A stretch of DNA of 63,517 bases, counting the filler, from Collodictyon triciliatum (lineage: Eukaryota), in NCBI GenBank assembly GCA_043381765.1. It is 19 parts of 19 records of this genome, joined end to end, with 100 filler letters (N's around TTAATTAATTAA, not from the genome) between each part and the next. Parts side by side here need not be neighbours in the genome. Positions count along the whole stretch, not along the records: positions 54,854 to 58,173 come from JBHJMP010007475.1; positions 58,274 to 61,593 come from JBHJMP010007476.1; positions 61,694 to 63,517 come from JBHJMP010007524.1; 16 more parts are not named here. One strand, written 5' to 3'. The notes beneath the pieces are model-generated. The model did not search any database. It saw only the letters and a program-made list of their open reading frames with translations, and was not told the DNA's origin. Made by a program: the position numbers and the translations under genes. The stretch's first letter is position 1. The number at the start of each line of letters is the position of its first letter. This document shows positions 54,905 to 63,517 of the stretch, piece by piece.

Positions 54905-57900
54905 TGATTTTTACACTTTGGACACAAAGGATTCAAATCAGTGATTGGTACACACGTGTGGCAACAACTAATTCGACAACATGGCCAGACGACTGGGTCT
55001 GAACATTCATCTTGGCACACAAAACAGTTTCCAATATCATAATCCTGCTTTCAGTAATTTTACTACTTATTTTTGATACTGATGAATCAAATAAATGTGT
55101 ATGGTGAGATTTCATCCGATTTAATGCGGAATAGTATGTGAGTATATATATGAGTTAATGGAACAAATAAAAATAAAAAAACGAGTAAAAATTGAGAGAA
55201 AGAAAAAAAAACAAATTACATCGGAGCTATATTCTGGAGAAGTAAATAATGTGGAGAAATTTACCGAAATGACAGCATCTTTCTTTAAGGATGTCACAAT
55301 AGCTTCTTGCATCGAAAGGAATCGATTTCTGTGTGTTTCTGATATAATTTCCAATGGGCAATCTACCGGGCTGACAAATTCTGCTCCAGATTCATTATCT
55401 GGTGAGTTGCTTCCTTTCTTGATCGACTCAACCAAACGCATGAACTCCGTGTATATCACAGGCCCCAACAGGGCAGGGTGAATGCACGCTTGGCGGAGCC
55501 GTAGGACGTATATGAGTGCCTTTGACATTGACTTTATTCCAGCTTTATTATCGGCTCGTAGTTTTTTTCTAATGAAGAGGAGTTGACATCACGATGTATA
55601 TTTAAAATAACTACAAAATAAATATGATCATATGTAGATTAGCACTTGATTTCAGATATGAGGGTCTACGAAATTGATGACGATGAGGATGATAACATTA
55701 AGAATAGCAGATACAGATAAAATTTAAACATAATATATAAGAATAATTTCGTGTTGATAATAGTAATAGTAATAGTAATAGTAAAACCGATGGTAATGGT
55801 AATAGTTAAAAAAGTAAATAATTTTTTTGAAATTTAAAGGTAAACCTGAATTCTCTTTTGAGGATATCTGTAAAGATTTTCTCATAAACATTAAGCTCGA
55901 GGGTGTGATTTATAATTGTTTTTGGGGGCATTACAAGAAGGCCTGACGATGATGACGGCGACGGTGGTGATGGTAGTATTTGTGGTGGCAATGGCGATGG
56001 ATTTAACCTGAGAACTTGACTATTGCCCTCTTCTTTTGATGAATTCACATTCATCTTTGCCATCAAGTCGGCCAGATCATCTCCAAAACTGGTCCCCGAA
56101 GGAAGTACACATTCCTCCGTTAACTTCTGGCTTTGCTCTTTCGTGGTAAAGACTTCTGACTTGAGGCGGCGGATCATGATTGATTCCAGAACCACCTTGA
56201 GCTTTTCTCTTCCAGACTCGTCAGTGATAAAGTTCTATGGAAGTCACATGAGAATGCTATTTTTCACGATAGTCATATTCGCAGGCGTCATAGAAATAGT
56301 TGTGATAATTGTGATAATGATCCAAGAAATAAAAAGCAGGAACGGTGCGCAACGAAAATTCCAAATTTAAATCAAAGTAAAAAAGGAAAAAGGATAATAA
56401 TAGCACTATATCTAATACTTTTACGATAAAATAACTATGGATAAAAATCATGTAAACATATGAGAACGCAATGGTGTTGAAAATAAAAGCATTCAAATAT
56501 TTTAGCTCAACCAAAGCGTTGGTAAATAATCGCCTTAAATTTTATATTGACGATGAAATAGTGTAGAACGATTCAAGGGCAGAAATATTAAAAAAAAAAA
56601 AAAAGTACGTTCTCATCGAAATGGCAATCTTGATAAAAGTATACAAAAAGAGGGTATGTACAAAAAAAAGCAGATACATGCGAAAAATACATGTGCACAC
56701 ATAATGTCACCTTATTGAAAGCATCGAGTTCATCATACGGTGACAGATGCAGAAAGAAAAAATAGCCCAAGACATCCTGCAACTCGTTCTGATACGGCGT
56801 CCCGGACAAGACCCAGCGATACACAGCTTCAATGCTCCTCATAGCCAGCGCCGTCTTGTTGGCGTGATTGCAGATAGCATGACCCTCATCCAAGACCACG
56901 CGGAACCAACGCACAGAAAAGACAGGCGAGCCTGAGCCTGACTCTGATTCTGAGCCTTGCTTCACAGCCCCTGTGCCCTTTGAAAACCCGCGCTCGAGCG
57001 TCTGATAAGTGGAGATGACCACGTCGTACTGAGCCAAGAGGGCGGGATCGTCCGTGCGCTTGGGCCCATGAAACTTGTAGACGGACAGAGGCCATCCAGA
57101 CTGCACACTTGCGTGCTGCTCAATCTCCCGCATCCACTGATCCATGAGGGACTGCGGACAGACAATCAGCGTGGCTGCACGGATCGGTGCATTGGTTGCG
57201 CGGGCGTGCATGCGCAGTTCGCGGCATGCCTCCACAGTGGAGACAATCAGTGCGATGGTCTGCACGGTCTTGCCCAGGCCCATCTCGTCCGCGAGAATCC
57301 CGCCTGCGCAGCCGCCCGACTCAGCTGCGAGCAAGCGATGCAGGCCAACCCGCTGGTGGGGCAGAAGCACGGTCTCCAGGCCGCACGGCTGCAGCGCGTC
57401 TGCGGCATGTCCGCGGCGCTCGTCCCGGTCGACAGACTCGAGCAGGCGGCGATGCAGCTGCTTCTCGGCCTCGGAGGCTGGGTGACGGCTTTGGGCGGGC
57501 ATTGGTGGGGCGGCGGACTTTGGCGCAGGAACAGCAGGCGCGCTTGCAGGCGAGGAGATGCTATTTGCGATGCGGCTGCTGAGTGCGGCCACCTTGTCAT
57601 GTGGGTGCTTGGCCACGGCCGGCGTTGAGTCTGAGTCTGAGTCTGAGTCTGGGTCCGAGTCGAGGAGAATCGGCTTTGGGCCGGGCTGCGGTCGGCTTGC
57701 TGGCTGGGCGGTCCCTGGCTTCGGCCAGTGGCTCAGGCTGCGCAGAAGGGAAAGCTCGGACTTGGTCTTGTCGTAGTCGGCCTGGACGGCGCGGAGGCGG
57801 TCTCTGAAGGCGCTGCGGGGTTCGCGCCGCGAGAGGTTTTCGATGGTGGAGTGTTGATTGCGGAGTCTGACTTCGAGTGCGTGGATTTCTCGTGTGATGG

Positions 57901-58047
57901 ACGTCGGCGATGTGGCTCTGTTGGGGTGTGGCCCGGTGGACTCGTTCTCTTTGTTGTGTGCCTGGCTCATTGGCTCTGGTGCTGGACTTGTGGGGTGTGG
58001 AGGCGGTCTTCTTGTTGGACTCGAGTCTGTTGGTGTCACTGATGCCT
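54905..58047 (-). CDS. Rad5/Rad16/Uls1-like SNF2 ATPase with inserted RING finger, partial
   Basis: LLPHQ; GGILADEMGLGKTVQ; TLIVCP...QW; VVISTY; WFRVVLDEGH; RWVLSGTPYQN; IMIRRLK; VLRLRQACIHP; RING CFVC...C...CCHTC...CPKC. Confidence 0.93.
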
Positions 58048-58273
58048 CTTTTATTTCAATTTTGTTTTTTTGTTTTTTTGTTTTTTTGTTTTTTGTTTTT
58101 TTGTTTTTTGTTTTTTGTTTTTTTGTTTTTTTGTTTTTTTGTTTTTTTGTTTTTTTGTTTTTTTGTTTTTTTTNNNNNNNNNNNNNNNNNNNNNNNNNNN
58201 NNNNNNNNNNNNNNNNNTTAATTAATTAANNNNNNNNNNNNNNNNNNNNNNNNNNNNNNNNNNNNNNNNNNNN

Positions 58274-59181
58274 GGATGTGGTTGGAAAACATGCCTTCAC
58301 GATACTTGTGCTCGTTGGAGTGGGTACTCTCGTTGCTGTTGTGGGTGCGCTCCCGCTTTGTTCCGGTCTGCTCCGGTGTGTGGGCGGCCGTGGAGGTGGG
58401 TCTTTGGAACACAGACGCAGATGCAGATACACTCCTCTGGTGGGAGGACATCTGGTGGGCGGCCTTTTCGGCGATAGCAGCTTGGCGCGTTACTCTGCGA
58501 GTTGCAGACACGCCAGCCTTTATCGCGGAGGTGGCTGCCTCTGTCGGCTTTATCTGTTTGAGGGTGCTGCTGAGTGTTGTCTGTTTGCAGACATCGGAGT
58601 TGCCGCTCGCCTTCGCTTGGGTAGCGGCGGGCTTTGTTTGTGTCCGCTGTGGGGCGGCGTTGGGTGTGGCTTTGGCTGTGAGCGTGCCTGCCGAGTTGGA
58701 GGGCGCGTTTGGGTCTTTGTCCTCAGTGGAAGGGGAGCCTCTTGTGAGGTCTTTGGAGTTGGCGGGGGGTTTGCCTGGGTTGGTTGTTGTGTGCGCTGAC
58801 TCTGGAATCGACGCGAGCTGTGGTGTGGCTTCGCCTTTGTTGTGGGGAAAAGCGCTCGGCCATCTTCCCTGCAGGGGTACGCAAGGCCCAGGCCGCTCGA
58901 CAGGTCGGATGCCAGCAGCACAACGCCCTCCGTGGCGCACTCGTGGATGCAGTGGACTTCGCACAGCTGCTCCCAACAAGCGCGGGCGTGTGGTGTGTGT
59001 CAGTGTCTCAGTGTACTCGCCCACAAGGCGCACCACGCAGCCGGCCGGGTAGAGTCCCTTCTCCTGCATCCCTTCTGTTCGCTCCACCGGTCGCGTCCGG
59101 TAGTGCTCGTAGACCACATTCTCGTCGTCAAGTTGAGGCCTGGTTGCCATTCGTGTGGTTTTTGTGCAAAACCAAAGGGGA
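58274..59181 (-). mobile_element. LINE 5' end and internally deleted ORF1 (copy C)
   Basis: GCVVRLVGEY... and, after a frameshift, WEQLCEV...GVVLLASDLSSGLGLAYPCREDGRALF align with copy A (DCFVRLRGK...CKQLREV...DVTLMVDSPALGLRIAFPRKENAAAF); then jumps to an A/T/S/P-rich tail. Shares its 5' terminus with copy B. Confidence 0.8.
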
Positions 59182-60116
59182 TTTTCATTTAAAATGTTGG
59201 CAACTATTTCGTTCGAAGTGTATTATTTTACAATAAAATTTCCTAACAAAGCATTAATTTATTAATGATTTGTCTGTTAATGCAAGGCACATATAGAAAC
59301 CATGCTCGCGTTGAATGGAAGGGCAAGCACCTAACCTGGAAAACTGTGCGATGGTGTTTTGGCATTTTTTTTATTAAACGACACGTAAAATCTTCACTAT
59401 GCAAACCTCGAGATGATTAACAGATCGATTGCATGAATATCGGTATACACTTTTATTTGTAAATTTGGCATTCTGTGGGAATATATTAATCATTACATAT
59501 AATTTGAAACATTTGCACAATTTAGAATAGATTCAAATGATAATATAAAAATTGACCAGGAATAAAATCGATCTAACACGCAGAGATTAGCAAACATCTC
59601 CTTTCCTATATTTACGAAATATTTAGCATTAAGAGAATGTTTAGTGGCTGTATGATGCATAAGCAACTCACATCCATATTATTAAAAAAAGCAATTAAAA
59701 AATACAGAATTCATCTAATATTGAGTATATTTGCATTCACGAATAGTTTATTTCGTGATAAAGAAAAAGTAAAAATAATCATAGTTTTAATATTGAGCTT
59801 TGAGCTTTAATATAATATAACAATGCTAGCTTATTGAAACTATCCAAAACGCATTCAAAATATGAATCAATAAATTAAACAACAGTCATTCATGAAAATG
59901 GAGAAAATCTTTATTTGCATTAGAATTGTTTTATAATTGGCACACAATATAACCAATGAATACGATTTTTTTCAACACACAAGAGGGAATAGGAATATTC
60001 AAAACATGTCTGCAACCGAAACAAGCACCGAGGCCAATGTCAGCCTTGTCACTACCGACTGAGTCTGTACAAATACAAATAGATGCATATTCATTACTAA
60101 ATATTTTATATATTAG

Positions 60117-61572
60117 GGAGGATTATTTATTTATGCCAATAAAAGAGTAAAGGCTGTCCTCGAATGGTTGAACCATCACCTGGGAAAAATCGAGCTCAAG
60201 GCGAAGAACATCCGATATGACTTTATGGACGAATTCCTTTTGGCCATGATGATTCAGGTGGTCACCGGAAAACCATGAGAAGCTACCATTCCTGCTTGTT
60301 TGCGTATGATTTAATTATGATATCCAAATGTTGAGTTTATTTATTTAATGGATTTGTATTTAGTCCCTGTATTTATATTAGGAACAAATCTAATGATTAG
60401 GAGATTCTTGTTTATGAGAATCAAAAACTCACTGTTGATTGGTTTCTGAAATTGAATGTGCATGATGAGGTTGTTGCTTCTCAGTCTCATTACGCTGATT
60501 TGCTTTACTTGTTTTAAGAGAACTATTTTTGGATTTTTTCATATATCATCGATTTATTTTGTATGAGCGAGTGACATATAAATATTCTTGCAGATTTGCT
60601 CCATGCAATCATTCGATATCTAATTGGAAAAAGTATTGGCCATTTGGGAAGTCTTGGGGTTATAAAAACCATCTTTTAATTTTTTATTTATTTTTTGAAC
60701 AATGACGGAATATAGTTTCCAATCCTTAAAAATTGTGGAAAAAATGCCGTGAGAGGTACGATATTGCCAAGAAGCTCTACGAAATAGCAAAGCCCCCATT
60801 TCCGTTTCATGGTTCAGATTCGATTTATCTTTTTTTATGACTATTTTATTTATTAATTTATTTTATATCAATAAATCAACTAAATTAATTTAAATATTGG
60901 TGCAGGTCTTGGTTTGGAAGAAAAAAAGCTCTGTCACGCTCATCCGCACTTGCATACTTCTTGATAAGTCAATTAATAATTAATTAAAAATGAATAAAAT
61001 ATACAAATACATTCCTTTTTGTGAAATATAATCTCCATTTCAAATCAGACGAATCTTGCTCGTGAAGACCTGAATGAGAGGCAATACAAGAAGTGGAATC
61101 CGGCTCCACAAAGATACGTGACATCGACACCATTGCCACTCATTGTCTTTGATGAGCGTGTCATTCTTGTTTTCCTTTCCTCGACTTTCCGTGACATGCA
61201 GCAAGAAAGAGACGAGTTCTTCAAGAATGGAGCCCCTGAGTTAGTAAAATATATTTTTATAATAATGAAAACATGATTGATAATTTTATACTTTTATTTT
61301 TCAAACAGTTTTATCTTAATGTCAGATTGAAGAGGCTTGCAAAATCGAAGGGACTGGACCTTGTCTTTATTGACTTGCACTGGAGACTGAAATATGTGGA
61401 CAGTAGTGAGGTATGGGTAATCACAATATTATAAATACTATATTTTGAATATTTTAAGAATATGTAGCATTTTATAAAATAATAAACTTCAATCTCTTCT
61501 TATTGCATTCCAAGGCAGCGATTTGCTGTTTGGACTCCATCGGAAAATACCCATACTTTGTGTGCTCTCTCG
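60117..61572 (+). pseudogene. Calponin-homology domain(s) plus DUF4062 domain gene with apparent frameshifts, 3'-partial
   Basis: VLEWLNHHLG...IRYDFMDGIPLAMMIQVVTGK and YENQKLTVDWF (CH); VFLSSTFRDMQQERDEFFKNGAPE-LKRLAKSKGLDLVFIDLHWR-...PYFVCSLG (DUF4062). Frame breaks near 60272 and 60752. Confidence 0.65.
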
Positions 61573-61804
61573 GTGTGTTTATAAGCTGAATTANNNNNNN
61601 NNNNNNNNNNNNNNNNNNNNNNNNNNNNNNNNNNNNNTTAATTAATTAANNNNNNNNNNNNNNNNNNNNNNNNNNNNNNNNNNNNNNNNNNNNAACCTTT
61701 TTTTTCCCTTTTTTTTTTTTTTTAAAAAAAAAAACAATATCTATAGCCTAAAAATACAGGGCATCGATTCATATTTTTTTTTTTAATACTTCTTCTGTTG
61801 CCAG

Positions 61805-63177
61805 ATCGACCATCATGCCACGTACATGGACCGTGTAATTGCAATCAGCGACATAGGCCCGGTCACCCAGGCAGATTTAAGTAAGGCTCTTCTACTGCCA
61901 GACGGGCGAACCATGAAGGAAGCTGTGATCATCCACGAAGAAAGTATCACAAAGACAATCGAAAATGTATCAGGTAGATTGACACCAGAAAGAGTTGATT
62001 AAGTGTGATATCCCACCAGATGAATGAACCATTCGTTCCTAATTTTCAAGCGAATAAAACTCATGTATACTTCTGGCTACTCACCCATCCAAACTTCAGA
62101 AAACACACACAAGATTATAGATCTCGAGTCCCAAGTTTCCAGGAAGGCAGAGAGAGAGACTGTCGTGAATGTTTTGCTCTATGACAAATTAGCTAATGTA
62201 AAGCTTTTTTTTCTATAGTATTCATTACAAATAACAGAAAAATCTAAAAGGATGAGAAAAGCTCCAGCAAGGATGTCAAATGAGTTCTTTCGACCGCACA
62301 AAAAATGAAATAACCTACGTTTTTTTTTTTCCATCACAGGACTATGCCGAATCAAAACACCTGCTGGAATCATTGAACACAGAGTTTATTCAGGTCAAAA
62401 CAATCGTATCTGCCCCTCAAGCCCGAGACGAATTTTGCCGTCAAAAGGTCGAGGATTTACAGGTGCTGCTTTATTTTTTCTTTTCTGTTTAATAATTGAC
62501 ACTTTCACTTAATGAAAAAAATACAGCACCGAAAAATAGTGTGAAAAGTGGTTAGTTTCACGAATTTATTTTATGAACGTGTGGTGTGGTTCCCACCAAG
62601 CTCTTATCGACCATTTCAAATTAACTGAAATGAAACCGAGAAAAAAAAACGTGTGATATGGTTAGAACAACGAATTGTTCAAATGTTATAATTCTCGACA
62701 AGTAATCATACTTTATCTTTTATCTTATAGGACACTATCAATCGTCTCGAAGAAACGACGGGAAACAAACTGGATAAGCGCGAATATACCCATTTCTTAG
62801 AATCGATGATGAAAAGACAGAGAGAAATCGAATCAAAGTACGTCTTCTCTTCTTGTATCCAATTTTCATAAAGCTCACGAACAATATAATGGTTTAAAAC
62901 AGTGACCGACCGGATACTTCGAGCCGAGCAGGGAATAGAGATAGTCCAGGTACGTTATTATTGCATGAAATTAATTCTTTGTCTGGGGACCTCGAGTCTA
63001 TAATTTTTTCTACTCTTGTGGGTAACTATTTAATACGACTTTACATCAAACTCACCAACTTCAGAGCTAACAAGTGACATGATGATGAATCCTGCAGCGT
63101 ACGGGCTGACGTGCTCTTCTTATTTCATTTCAGTTTTAAAATTTTCCTTTCGATATGCACCACTTTACCATACCTGA
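61805..63177 (+). CDS. 3' exons of an unknown coiled-coil protein
   Basis: GT-AG-bounded exons ~61805-61972, 62340-62462, 62731-62837, 62903-62949, 63065 onward; ...DEFCRQKVEDLQ-DTINRLEETTGNKLDKREY... No family recognised. Confidence 0.5.
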
Positions 63178-63517
63178 ATTTGATAAAACGTATCACTCAC
63201 ACTGAAAATCATCATAGTGGAACAAGATTATTTGAAACATCCTTTTCTTCACCCGTGAAAAACTTAACGGGTACGAGAACTTCATCATAAAAGCTATAGA
63301 TTGAAAAGGATTGCAGCCTTTATTAGAGCTTTCTTAATTCTTCATATTGCGAAATACTAGATGCCTTTGTCAAAACATTCAACTTTTGGACTGGAGCAGC
63401 AAAGTAACTGCTCGTCCTCAGCAAAAATAAAATAATTAAAATAAAATAATTAAAATAAAATAATTAAAATAAAATAATTAAAATAAAATAATTAAAATAA
63501 AATAATTAAAATAAAAT

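Noticed and set aside
60276-60278. In-frame TGA in the CH domain as selenocysteine
   Set aside because: A one-base shift in the preceding A run gives the better-fitting GKTMRSYH, and other lesions exist in the gene.

Overview
Intron-rich nuclear DNA from an aerobic, probably flagellated microbial eukaryote (standard code, GT-AG introns). It is not one locus: 19 unrelated ~3.32-3.34 kb contigs, roughly sorted by length, are joined by 18 artificial 100-nt linkers (N44-TTAATTAATTAA-N44), so adjacency across linkers means nothing. Most contigs end in long microsatellites. Recognisable, mostly partial, spliced genes: tandem USP protein, secreted GH16-like protein, TKL kinase (disrupted), GNB1L/Asa1, NDUFS5, membrane class III cyclase, NRAMP-like transporter, AXDND1-like, RING E3 tail, PHYH, actin, CAMK-group kinase, Deltex-like RING-DTC ligase, triple-DCX protein, HROB, EDC4-like (disrupted), SERF, tRNA-Gln(UUG), Rad5/16-like SNF2-RING ATPase and a CH+DUF4062 gene. 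Pieces of an L1/Tx1-like LINE family occur in four contigs. Best leads: an NRAMP with its metal- and proton-coupling residues systematically replaced; a CH-DUF4062 fusion; a cyclase whose first domain lacks both metal-binding Asp; a non-catalytic GH16-like protein; and a LINE family whose copies keep a shared 5' end, are internally deleted and sit inside host exons. All calls are by-eye motif recognition with no database searches; exon boundaries are approximate unless spelled out.
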